This document shows, in pieces, positions 1-13,914 of a stretch of 64,000 nucleotides of DNA. A program made the translations under genes and the position numbers. The stretch is from Phoronis australis (Eukaryota; Animalia; Phoronida). Position 1 is the stretch's first letter. The number at the start of each line of letters is the position of its first letter. The stretch covers positions 1 to 64,000 of the forward strand of contig NMRA01000846.1 in the NCBI GenBank assembly GCA_002633005.1, in the 5' to 3' direction. Below the pieces are notes generated by a model. The model had not been told where the DNA came from. It saw only the letters and a list, made by a program, of their open reading frames with translations, and did no database searches.

Positions 1-1706
1 TTCCGGAATAGCGGACGAGTAACTAATAAAATTACGAAAAGCTGTAATTAAGTGGAAAATATGTCTAGGATAATCAACCAACCTTATTTTAGCTCAAAAT
101 GACATGAAAAAGGTTGCCTTCGCCTTTAAGATAGATCTTGTCGAAGGCTATACAGACTGTCATTCGGGTCTCGCTGCGACTTGTCCTTTTCGAGTTATTC
201 AAGATTGTCAGGTAACTGCTCTTCAATGTTGACTTGTTTGATATTCTTGTGATTATTAAAATGGTTAAGACTGCTCAAGTTAGACCACTCGCAGCCTTTT
301 GTACCTTTGGCATGTAACAATACCATAGATTGATCGCTGGCAAAGTTTGATCACAACAACAAAGGAAAAAACACATGACCACATTTTTCGAACACTTTTG
401 TAATTAGAAACCCAAGTGAGTTAAAATGAAGCGTGCATTGCCAATAAGTATCAACCTAAATGACGTCAGCCCTTCAGTGTTGCAGAAGTACACCCACTCA
501 GGCATCACCTTTCCACAAGCAATGGCCAGAAGAATTAAAAACAATAGCTGACCCTCACATTAAGAACTTCATAGCACTTAAATACAAATTCCGTAGGGGC
601 ATCTGGCCAGAAAAAAAAACTTTCAACCACAATGGACCTGCTTTTGGCAATCAATGTTTTGGGAGGTCATGTCAGCTTTGCTGAAGCAAAATTTGCTCTG
701 AGATTCGGTTTGCTGCTAATAAAATACTAAAAACTTGTGATAATGTGAAACCAATTCCCATAATTTGTTGTGAAATGTACGCAACCTAGAGGAAGAACAG
801 TTGCTTGAAGAGTCGGTAAAAAAGAAATTGGCCAATAGGTAACGCTTTATTTTATGGCTCCACAAATTAAGCAGCAGAATAATGGTAGAATAGCGACTTT
901 TGGACCGATAAGTAATTTAGGAAGATTGTAGTTTACTATAACATTAATTTTGTTCTGATTTTATTTGGGTCATGTATTACACACACCTATCGTTCCAAAC
1001 GCGTATATTTATACAACCAATTGCTAGGGTTCTACCCTGTTATCTGGTGATTCCAGAGAAATTCATTCACATTATGTTGAGTGACTTTTAAACTGTTATT
1101 TCCACAGTCGAACCATGAAAGCAGAATGACCTGGGAACCAGGCAGTTGACTTGTTCTCTTGATGCTGAAGATATTGATCCACACCACATACAGTCATCTA
1201 CACTAATTAATGACAATGAGTTGACCATACACTGTGCTGGGTCTTGTAACTGATCCACAATGGTGCCTAATGTAAAATCAACAGTGAAAGTTAACAATTG
1301 AGAAAGATTAACACAGCTTTGGCCTTCATGTGAAAATGGACCACCGTGATTAGCCAACCGTAGGCATTTCAAGAAGGTCCCTGCTTGTGACACCTAGTGA
1401 ATTTCAAGTTCCCCATTCACTACTAGTCAATGGCCATTGTTTGGTACATAAATCATCTTCCTGGCATCAATCATCCAGTCTGTCATGACAGCTGCTGTTC
1501 CTGATATCTGCTTGTATCACTTTGCTATGTTTGTATCACTTTGCTATGTGTGTAGCATTTATGGCCTTGTTGGAGCTTTCCATTTGATTGCATGGGACAG
1601 ATCTCATCACCCGCAAAGCACAGGTGCAGCTGGCCAGAAAGGAATATCAAACACTTGCTAATGTTAAGCCAGTGACACTGTTGAAAAGTTCACACAACAG
1701 ACTTAC

Positions 1707-1757
1707 CATCTATGCAGATTTCTTGTGATGAACACAGATCTTTATTGAACTTACAAC
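1707..1757 (-). CDS. PTPRN2: IA-2/PTPRN-like coding exon 2 (Cys-rich motif)
   Basis: atttatttcag| acceptor, |gtaagt donor, 51 nt, phase 1-1, encodes GCKFNKDLCSSQEICID. Confidence 0.8.
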
Positions 1758-4700
1758 CTGAAATAAATGGAAAACAGCCACTCAGTAAAACAAAAAAAAC
1801 ATTGCCATCAATTTGCGTAAAAGTTAAAGCTTCATTTCGCCTAATTTACCTGGTTAAAAAACGAAATGTAATCATAGCACATCCCCATTCTAATCGTGAG
1901 ACGTGTACATTCTAATCATGACATGTCCCCATTCTGATCACAAGACGTGTACATTCTAATCATGACATGTCCTCATTCTCATCATGAGGCATGTACATTC
2001 TGATCATGACATGTCCCCATTCTCATCATGAGGCATGTACATTCTAATCATGACATGTCCCCATTCTCACCATGAGGCATGTACATTCTAATCATGACAT
2101 GTCCCCATTCTGATCACGACACATCCACATTCTAGTCTTTGAAACAAGTTGCACCGATCGGCATGAATCATCTCAAAGTAAATTGGCTCCAAACTTCATT
2201 GGAAACGGGGTTTGATGTTGTGGTAAGTGTATTACGTTACAAGATGCTCAATGGTTTGCGATTACAATAGGGATGTCGTCATTAGAATGGGACGTGTCTA
2301 ATAAATAGAACGAGTCACCCAACGCAAGGTACGACCCTATCAATCTCTCTAGCAGAGCACCCCCAGGTCCAACACCTACCAGAGTCCCCAAGAACCAGCC
2401 ATAGGCACGAGAATGGCTGTAGTCACAAGCAGGTAATGTATTTGTTTCCATTAGTTATTGCTATCATGTGTTTGCTTAATTGTGTAATTATTTATCAGTT
2501 AGATGAGTTAGGGCTGGTATTTACAAAATACTCAATAAGATCTCTATGTAATTACAGTAAATGCTGTACCTGTGCAGATAACAAACATCATGCAGACACA
2601 GACTTAGATTATTGACAATAACTTGATGGCACCTCCATGCCTGATAACACAGTTGAACTTTTTTCCTTTAAAAAACACGGCACCACCATAGTACACTAAA
2701 CCACAGCCATTAGGTTCCATCTGCTTTTCACCTACTAATGATCCAAAGTTGATTTGATCTAAGGCATTACCACCAAGACCTCTACAAACCGAAATTTAGA
2801 AATCACTTAAATTCATGTAGATGAGACACTATCTATGGTACCAGTTATAAATACACGGATCTGTTTACTTATGACATATTTTTTAACAAATCAACCATAC
2901 AAAAACTTCATAGACCACATTTCTTGCATGCATCAATTTCTAAGTCATACAGTACATCTAGATTTGCTGGTAAACTATCATAAATTGTGAAGTTTTAGTT
3001 TGCACAAACGCGGTTTAGAAATTGAACAGTGTGCAATTAACGGAGCTAAAATTCACGAGGTACAGTGCTCGTTTTGCCGACAATAATTCTCCCGAAATTT
3101 GTTCATTAAAAGTTTGCGGTAACTTCCAAACTTCAAATTGCAAACAGTTTTCCTAGAAATCAGTGCATTTGCCATCCACACATCAAACGCACTTAAATTA
3201 CGATAGGAAATAAACAGAGGAAAGTTATAAATGTTCGGCAAAAATCAGGCAAGATCGGACCGTGAAGCACATGCCTCCAGTGTACAGCACAGAGACCTAT
3301 TCTTGCGTTCTTCGTTGGCAAGAGGAATTGAATAGAGATTGAATGGTGCGTATTTGTGCACGCAGAAATTGAAGAGGTATGCATAATTTTCTGAGAACTG
3401 AGTAGGGCATGACTTTTCAGTCAATGATTTCATCAGCACACCCCTCCCACACCTACATACGAGAAACTACGGTAAACGCACTCCGGGGACTAGAACTAAA
3501 GAACACCACAAGTTGAACAAACCCAATGGCATTGGTGAACACACCATCAACACTGGCCACAGTAGGGACAATGCCAAAGTTCTAGCTAGAGAGGAATATT
3601 GGCTCTCTCGAAAAGTTAAAGAAGCCATGCAGATGTGGGAAGGGTCCTCTTTCTGGTCAGAGAGGAATACAATGGTTCTGTACAAAAGTTACAGAAGCCA
3701 TCTTCATCCAGAACACAGACAGCCCACCACAAACCAAGACCAAGGTCTACAGCTCTGCGGGTATATGACCTTATTCTGTAAAGCACGCGTAATCCACTCG
3801 TTGAAAAAGACCCTTGGATTATGGTGGAAACATTTGAGTAATCAACTACAACAAGCTCGTAGATAGTGAACTTTTTACCTGCTCAACATCGTCGCGAACT
3901 ATGAAAAACCTCTTTTATCGGTACAGATATATTACGCGCATGTGCTAAAATTAATAACTAAGATTCACAATCATCAGTAGGTCTTAATGTGACAATGAAC
4001 AGCAATTTCTGTCGGTTTTCTAAGATTCCGTTCCACTAATTTTGCGATCTTTGTGTAGTTCTGTTGCATTACAGGCTAAAGCACGGGACCGCCCTCCCCC
4101 ACCCATATGACAAATGTACCAACCACGTCGCGTAATTCAATGCTTTGTGAAATACACAAATGTTTTGCGGTGTCCCTTCAACTTGACAATGAAACAGCTC
4201 AACCAAGAAAAACGTTATTTCAAACAACTAGAATAACTGCTTAAGAGTGTTTCATAGCGTAGTTTATGTACCAATGTCCACCTGTTACCTAAAAAGCACA
4301 GTTTGCACACTTTGTGGACACACATGACCCTCAGTTTAGTATTTTTAGATTTGCAAGTTACAAGAGTTAGCACAGTTTTTCATCAATTGCAATATGGGAG
4401 TAGCAACAGTTCAATAAACTATGTCCAACTTATTGTCAGATCACGTCGCTAATGTACCGGTGTTACCATGGCAACGGATGTAATTATGACACTGCATTAA
4501 TGAAGGATCCTTAGCAACCATGGACATTTGACCATAATTGGAAAAATAATTAGTACTGAGGCAACACATGAAGAAATCAGATGACATGTTATTTCCGAGT
4601 CACACCAACTTATCACGCAACTTACGCTTTTCCAAGATACCCACTTACAGGGGCAGATCCAGGCAGAGCCAGGATTTGCCCGTCAGACAATCGCAACCTA

Positions 4701-7700
4701 GAACTGCCAAATGGAATCTGGGAGATTTTTAGAGGGGGCCATGGCCCCCTTGCCCCCCCCCCCNCTAAGTAACATGAACATGTTCTTTGCTCTTTGCTTG
4801 AACAATGGTATTAGTTTACACAGCTGCGTAATTCAACATAAACTGGTTGTTTTACCTTTTCACACAAATATTTCAGAAGACTGGTGTTATTTAACAACAA
4901 AGTAATTTTGTGAAAAACTAACGCATCTCGAATCTCATAAAAAATTTTTAAATGGCAACCTCAGACTGACTCGGACTTAAAACTTAACTAATGGCATGGC
5001 ATAATTCTGGAAAAATTTGGAAGTTTATTCTGAGCCAATTTTCTCAGAGTCCAGAATATCAAATGAATCTTGTGTGTGTCTGGAAATACCTGCATGTGCC
5101 TTGCATTTTGACCTTGGTAATAAAAGATATAACACATCCTAGATCACTTGATTGCCTACAGGTATACCTAAGTAATCTTTGAATGCAATTAATGACAAAA
5201 CGAGACAGAGACAATCACAAGTCTCCATTGATTTCTCGACTCAGCATGGAACGTTAATCAACGGTTAGCATTCTGCTTAGTAATATGAACAAATCTAGAC
5301 CTGCACAGTGTTATTACCGGTATGTACCCTGGCAGTGTACAGTACAAACAACAAACCTATTTCCAAAGTTGCATCTATGTCCAGAAATATGACACATACA
5401 CCAAGACACAAATCAAACCATGCGTGAAAGTGGCAACTAATCTTTTTAGTAGAAAATAAGCTCAGTTTTTGGCTTTTGAAATGAAGTGAAGCTCTTGCAA
5501 GAAACTTCAAGGGCACAATTTTGTTAACAACGCATTAGTAAACTTCACAGTAAAGAGGCAGATTCAACAGCATAGCATGGGCGCTTCAATGTAGTACCAA
5601 CGGCTATTGGCAGGTGTCGCTGTCAATAGCGGCATGTTTTATTGTATCATTTATTGGCATCAGTTGGGTCACATAGCCTAATCCTTTTACTAACGTTTAC
5701 CTCATTGTCAGAAAAATAACGGTATCAGTAACACATAACGCGCGTTACTTCAGACACATGTGCATACGGCTGCATGCACACATTACACAGCAAAGGGTGC
5801 TCATGTTAGAGGGAGCAATATTGCCATAAAATCTCCTCTTTCGGACAAAAATAATAGTCAAATTTGTCCGTTTTCACTCTTCAAAGTCTTCTCAGATATT
5901 GCTGTAAGTTTTGTTTAATGGTAGAATTAGTACGAAACTTGAACATTGGAAATCATTTAATTTAGTGCTACATACGTTTCGTGAAAAAATTGATAAAATC
6001 CCACTCATAGGCCATCAAAGGTTCTAAATTGGCAAGATTTTAGCGCAGCACATTTTTCAAAGGATGAAGTAGATTGCTGGCCTGTTGACATCAGAAATTT
6101 AGGAACAAACAAACAAGATCTCGCACTTTTTCTTGTTGCATATCTGCATGTCATTCCGAGGTGCCTTGTAAGTGGTGCAATTGATGTGAAATGCTCAGGC
6201 TTTATCAGACATAGTCTGATCCAGTGATACCAGAATGTCACCATAGACTATACAACATGGACCGCCAATTCTATATATTTTTAATGGACGAAATCTGTGA
6301 TCTTAAGCATAAACCGTGACGTCGCTATTCACTAGCGACACCTGGCAGACATAGCATGCTTTACTTCCAGCGAGTACACCGTCTGCTATACTGGACAGTA
6401 AAACAGATGCAAGAATTTCCCCGTCACAATACACAAACCGCAAGCTGAGTTTGCTATGTTTAGAGGGTGGCGCCTCCTCTAGGATATTTCACAAGAAAAT
6501 GTTGGAGTTATGAATCTGCTGTCTATAGTCTAGAATGTCATAAACAAACATCACGGGTGAGCATTTATCTGACACTAAAACCAGATACTCATAAAAACTC
6601 AGTATACACATATGTCTATGAAGATCCATCAAGGGAGACCCAGAGGTAACAAGTCCACGCAAAAAAAATTACCACCAGATGGCACAACAGCAGTCAGATA
6701 CCTCAGAAGAATTTGTAACCTGTTAATTTCTTTATATTAAAGCAGCTGCTGAATTTCACAGATATTAACCATAATGCAAAAAGGAACAAAAAATACTACT
6801 ACAGTAGGCGACCCAGAAGTAGTTAGGTTTGTCCAAAACATTACTAGTACCTTAAGAATGTACCCAGCTACTTTCAGGAATGTCCTTGATGGGAATAAGC
6901 AGACAGAGGTGTATATCAAATATTATGCGTGCTCGACCAGTTCTACAACTGAATAAAACAAGTTTTAACAAATGCTTAAATTTCTAGGAAAGAGCATTTT
7001 GTGTCGGAAAATAATTTTAGTGTTGAGTCTCAAGCAACTGAGCGCATTGCTCGTAATTTGAGTTTGACAGCTCAAAATTATAGTCTTGAAGACTGATTGG
7101 TTTTTGATGCCAGGCTAACTTGGCAGTACAAATGGAATGAATATTTAGCAGTAACACAAGTCAGGAAGCTACTGTATGTGTAGTGAAGGTCATAGCAATG
7201 TGATCTGTGCAATGTCTGTGTTGTATTGTAATCGGTAAAGATCTACCAAACTTGGTCAAGTATTTGTTTTAGAAAGACTAAGCAAAATTCATTAAATCAC
7301 AAATCCTCAGTTTTATCATATTTATCACATAAAAATACTAGAATAAAATGAGTGCAATCAGGCAATTGTCTTGATACTCTGTGTGTGATTGAGACATACA
7401 TAGTACTAGCTAATGCTCTTTATAATGAGCCATCTTTGTCTTGATACTCTGTGCGTGATTGAGACATTAATGGTTGTTCATGCTCTTTAAAATAATCATA
7501 CAGATATCTTTGTCTTGATACTCCATATGTTACTGAAGTATTGGTGAAGCGCCAAACATTAATCCTCATATAGTCATCTTTGATGCCACAGTCCACCCGA
7601 GTGATTGAGACGTTGCTGCAGCGTACCCTTCAAACATATAATGAGTCCCGTCCACACACAGCCTACCCTAGAACAACTTGTACTAGTGCAACTTTCCCCA

Positions 7701-10700
7701 CTTTTAAGTAGAGCGTCCACACACACATATCTGATGGGTAAGGCAGAAGTTGTCGCTCTGTGTGTGACAATGAATGGCTGAAGCGAATATAGTGCGCAAC
7801 ATAACCGCAGCTGATAACTACTTCCTCCTTGCCCCAGGTTTGCAGCCACACAGCGATTAGAAGTGGTGCAAGTTACCATGAGAACAAGTCGATAAGGTGA
7901 AGTAAGTTGTCACAAAAGGGTAACTCGCACCAGTTTAAATATTATCGGTCTCTAATTAAACCTAGCGACAACTCGTTCCAGGAGTAACTTGTTCTAGGGT
8001 ATGTCTGTGTGTGGACGGCCCTTTTGTGGACTCAGACTTTGTTAAGGCATGCCCGTTGATCTAACGTAATTCTCTAGACGATCAAAAGAATGTGGTTATC
8101 AAGTGGATCTCTGCCAATAGACAATGTGGACAGCGTTGTACAGTAGCGTTTCATATGGAGAGCCACACTCACCTGAGAAGAAAGGTGATTGTGCCTTCTG
8201 ATAGGGGAACCCCTCCATGGATGGACAGAGTGTGGTCAGGGAGACTGTTCCACATAAAGAACGCAGATAGTGTAAAGAGGGGACCTTTCACAGGTGCCTC
8301 TGTCTCGCATGGAAAACATTGACTGCGTACAGAGGACTTTACACAGGTTACAGATTCACATGTGGAATACGAACAGTGTAATGTGGGTCTTTGTATAGGT
8401 AGGGGTCTTGGAAAACAGGTGGACTGTGGGCAACATAGAGATGGGCTTTGTACTAGTGTGTCTGTCTCAAACAGACTGTGGAGAAAGAGGCTTCGTATGG
8501 GAATGTCCGTCACACATGAAGAACACAAACAGTGTAGCGAGGGCTTTGCACACGTGTCTCTCACGGTTTAGTGTGGAAAAGAACGATTCACTGTTTGACC
8601 CAATTAAAGTTCTATAGAAGTTCGGCAGTGATAATGCTTACCAGGTGACCCAAGAAGTCCTAGCGTTTCAGCATAACATCAGCTCACCAAATACGACCTG
8701 GCAAAATTACCACGAGATCAAATGGGAAACGAGCTCACTAAAACAAGGTGAAATGTCAACTGAAAATTGCCCTCAAAGTGTTTTTCATTTTTTTTCATTT
8801 GAATAGAAAATAGACCTATAAATCGTGAGCAGCGCAAAGTCAACCAGTCTTCTATTCAGCTCTTTCCTAAGGAGGAAGCATGTCCATCAGAACAATATTA
8901 CAAAATTTTCCTGGTGGGACCCTGCCATTTTTGGTCAAAAACAACTCTGCATGCTCGAATGTTTGCCGGGAGTGGCAGTTGTAAGGATTCCTAAAAATAA
9001 ATACAAATGTGAACCAAAGATATTGATTATGGGAAAATTTTTAAAGTTCGGAATTCACCTCAGATTTTGAAGTGAGTTACAGGTGAATTATTTGTCTGAC
9101 TTCTGGCTCGGTTAGAAAAATCCGACAACTTTGAGTCAACTTGCGAGATTTTACCAGGTCCCCATACTTAATTTGAGGTTGTATTGGTGAGCTACAGGTC
9201 ACAAAATTGGGCCCAGCATTTATTGATTAACTCAGTGAATCCATCATAATCAAATAGTACATGTGAAACTTGCTACAAAAAGATTGAAGCTAAGTTTGAA
9301 ATTGAATTTGCCCTACTTTATCAGAGTGCGTTTCGCATTGTTTTTTACAAATTATTAAGTTGACTAAACACAAAAATTTGCAAGAAGGAATAGTTTGTAA
9401 ACTCTCACGACAGCCTCATCTCCCGTTCCATTCAACTATACTGTCCAAACAACAAATCAATGACAACAAATTTAAGATTTGATAGAAATGATCACCAGCA
9501 AACACCCGACATACCAATAGATGGAAAAAAATGGCTTGTGAAATGTTGAGCGGAGTGATTGAGTATGAGATTATTCATCAATTGTGCTATTTAAAGAAAA
9601 ATAAATCCCAAACTGTCCCTGATAAATAATCACCACACAGGTCCTGCTCATGCGTGTCTTTCCGTGGGAAATTGCATTTATTCACCGAGACGGAACCGAT
9701 GAGTGTTCAGATGTACTTCAAATGCCCTATCCTGACAAAAAGAAAACATTCAACACAACCATTGCACTATAAATATAAAGCACATTCTCACTGATTCCCA
9801 GGAGGGCCAGATCAATGTTAGTTGTGTTGTTTTGGTTAAAAACATTGGAAAATTGTGAACTTGCATAAGCAACAATTGACATACATAACCACATACACGG
9901 TACGTAAAGTGCCCCCTACCAGTAGATGCCTAGAACATCGTATACTCAGCTTAATCATATTCTCTATCCTTAAACCTTTCTTATCTCGACAATAGCTAAA
10001 AACTGAATTTTCAAAACAAAACTGAAAGCAATGCCAAACAAGCAACATTTGGTTATGTTTCCATTGTTTGCAACAAGGACGTCAGCCTTTTGAAAAATGG
10101 AAAAATGACATCTTGGCAATTATTTTTGCACGAAGTAAGAGAGGGATTGCCATAAGTTAAATGCTTGTTTTGCCAGGAATGATACTGAAGAGAAATGGGA
10201 TTACCAAGTGTTTACTAAGAGTTCTTTTCAATCAAAGTAAAGACTTCTGACGTAGAAATGGTAGCATCTAATTTCCAGATACAGAAGCAAAAACAGCTTC
10301 AGGAAAAGACAAGCAAGAATAAATGGGGTTCTATAGCCAACAGTAAGCTAACCTTGATGAAATATCAATAAAAACAACAGCATCAAATCAAGTGTGAAAC
10401 TATGAGAGATAAATTAGCCAAATACATTTCAGTGGACCAGTTTGGGTGAACTAAATAAAGCAAGCTTAATCCGCCCAGTAATTCTTCACTACTCTTGCAC
10501 ACAACATGGCCGACAAGTGAATTTCGATTTTATTAAATCTCACAACAGAAGAGTCTATTACAAGCATGGTTTGCAGCGTGTAGATGTCATAAGACAACAT
10601 TTGTTTAAGTTCCCATTATTTGCATATAAGTGATCAGTCAATGACAAATAAAATAATAACCATTTGGCAATTATTTTGTGCGAAATCAGTGGAGCATTGC

Positions 10701-13700
10701 CGTAACTAGATTCACATGGTGGCGAACATACTAGAACTATCCAGAGATATTGTATACATAGGGTCAACAGAAAACTTGTTTTCCCACCAACCCAATCACC
10801 TTGAAAGCAACAATTGTTTCAAGTAAGTTTACTAATTAACACGCAAAGGTGCCCACCCCGCACTCATGTTTGTCCTCTGACCTACGGTAACTTACCCGGT
10901 AATTTCACACAAAAAGAATTGCCAAAATTACAATTTTTTTAGTTTTCAAAGACTGAATATCAATACCTTGCCGCAGATTATCAAAACATTACCAAGTTTT
11001 GCCAATCATGACCTCTTTACAGCACAAACCATCATAGTAAAAGACTAAAGTTTTGAGTGTGGAATTTTCACACGTGTGGTTAAAAAAGTGAATTACTGCA
11101 AGCCACCTAAGCTACAAAAGTAGTTAGCGAAAACTTCAGCAGTTTGGGTAATGGCAATTCTTCACTGATTTCACAAAAAACAATTTCAAGTTGTCATTTT
11201 TCTATTTTTCAAAGACTAAGTCAATACTCGGCTCTTAAACAGAGATGAAGATCCACCGGAGAGCTTTTCACCATACTGTCAAATCGATAAAGACCAAAAG
11301 CATGGGAGAAAACTTCTTGTTCAGTGTGTACTAAAAAAAGTCAACTTCCCGACACATTTAGAAACCCGCAAACTTATATTTTGCCTTTTTTTACCTTTCT
11401 CTAATAACAACGAATCAAGTCGTGAGCCATCTTCTACTCTTAGTTTTTTTACCTAATGATGTCATCACGTGACCTGAATGCCAACCACTGAGGGAAGTGA
11501 ATGCTTTACTTCACGAGCCCACAGCTAGGGTAAAACATGAAAATGGCGGAGTGGCAAACGACAAGTAAAAAGTCGAATGTTTGAGTAAATAAGTTCTTTT
11601 GAAGAGACTGATTTGCGAGCAGTTATATTATTTCTGCAGACAAATGTGATCATCTGACCACAATTTCAACTTGTGCAGGATAATATTTGATGTGCAGTTT
11701 GAGAGTGATATGTATGACTTAATTCTACAATTTCACTGTGTGGACTTCCAATCCTGTTTAAGGGTTACTTTACAAACTAAACTTAACCTAGCTGCAAATA
11801 AAAGAAACTTCTCCGCATGCTCTTTATGAACTCTCACGCACTGCAGACCAAACTTTAACAATATCCTAAACTTTTAAAGTCTTAGTTTTGTTGACAAAAT
11901 TGACAAAATGAAATTTCACTTGTGCACCGTCTTGTGTACTAAATAGGTGAAAAATTAACATAACTTAAACGACTACCAAATGTGACTATTGAAACTGTTC
12001 GCAATTACTGTTGTTTTTAGAACTGACATGTCCTAGCAGAAACGCTGCAATTTTACCCAGTTTGTGAACAGGGTAAACAGGCAAAAGAACCTATCAACGG
12101 AGTACTAGAAAAATATTTGTATCGAGACACAAATTTGTTGGCTGTGAATCTGCCTTAAAGAAAATTTGGTGGATTGATTACCATGAAAAATTATTCATGG
12201 CCAATGTGGTGAACTCAGTCTGTACGTAAGTCCATTCAAAACACAGCCTAACCTAGAATAACTTGCACTTAAGTGCAACTTACCCCACTTTGAAGTGGAG
12301 CGTCCACACACATATTCGATAACTAGGGTAAGGCAGAAGTTGTCGCTCTGTTCAAGACAATGGACAGCTGATGCGAATACGCAGCTGATATTTACTTCCG
12401 CCTTGCCTCACCTTTGCGACCACACAGCGATTCGAAGTGGCACAATTTACCCTAGAACAAGTAACTCTACCTCGATAAGGTGGGGTAAGTTGTCCCAAGC
12501 AGGGTAAGTTGCACTGGTCTAACTAAAAAGCATCCAGACAGCCTGCAAACCTAGTGCAACACCTCGTTCATGGAGTAAGTTTCTGCGCAGACGGCACTGG
12601 TCCCTGTTGTTGGCACCTGCATTGTACTGCATTGACTGGGTACTCACGAGGGTAGTGCAGTGTCGGTGTCTGGCAATAGGGACCACTAATAACATTTTGG
12701 TATTCATGAATCCGTTGGTGGAATTAATTCGTTGTATTTTTCCCGAAACATTTCTGGGATTTCGGAATACATGGGAACAGCACAGGTTCCAAACCTTTCT
12801 CCTCAACGCATGAAATGACTTCTCATTAAACTCCTGATTAATCACAAAACCCACGACAAGAAAATTATTGTAAACAGAATAATCAAAGAGAAATGCCATC
12901 TCTGTAAAACTAGAAATTGATTAAATGCATCTGAGTTGTTTGAGGAAAGCATAGCATTAAAGGTTAAACGATGAAGACACACTTTTATCATCATGATTCA
13001 GGAAACGTGATGTCAAAAGAAAAAAAAATAAGTGCGTCAAACTGGTTGGGCAGACTGGTTCGTGACAGACGTGGAGACTTTGGACCAAAGTTTGTGAAAG
13101 GAGAACCTATAGGGACTTGAAGAGGCTGGCAAAACAACAAGGGTGGAGAAAATGAAGACGAAACATGCCAACAGGAAAACGAAAAAATTGACAAGAGCCG
13201 AAGTAGTGACATACAGAACTATGGACTGAAATGTTCTTCGAATTAGTGATCTTCCCTCACAGACCGCGCGGGCGTTCTATTCTCACAAACACAATCTTTT
13301 GATTTGATATAATTTTCTTACACACCCCAATCATCTTCCCACACGCGCTTTTTCTCGTGACTTTAGGAACTTTTTACGAACACCATTCCTCTGTTGTGAA
13401 GAAATGTTTCTATTTTTAAAAAGAAGGTTTGCATTAGAACTGGGTATTGCGTGATCTCTCAGTTTCAGAAAAAAACATGTTCAGTCATGCACTGACTTTC
13501 AACAAACAAGTGACGCCATTTAGCCCTATGACTGACAATTAACCCTGAACGAACAGTTCGGATCACAGGATACTGACGAAAAACAAATTTATAAAAAATA
13601 TGAATTCTCTCACAAGTGCAAAAGGTTTAAGATTCTGTTTTGCCACCCACCAGCATTCTAACAGATAGGGGAATTATCGTACTTAAGTTACAGAAGTCTA

Positions 13701-13858
13701 CACTCCAACTTAAAGTACGTAATCACAGGGTATTAAAAATTCCCCAACTTAGTATTCATAACTGGTATCACACCATTCTCTGTTTGTTCCTTGTTTTCGA
13801 ATCATACTTTCATCACAGCATTTAATTTTTTGGTTACAAATCGAATAAAACCAACTAT

Positions 13859-13914
<56 letters not shown>

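Noticed and set aside
460-684. ORF containing QCFGRSCQL, reminiscent of the IA-2 FGRCQ motif
   Set aside because: It is on the plus strand, opposite to the IA-2 gene; treated as chance.
1088-1393. 101-aa minus-strand ORF in IA-2 intron 2
   Set aside because: No recognisable motif and it lacks the expected exon 3 start (D-x-x-F-G-x-C).
8092-8617. Overlapping ORFs in a gtggac-rich stretch
   Set aside because: Looks like a degenerate tandem repeat, with no protein motif.
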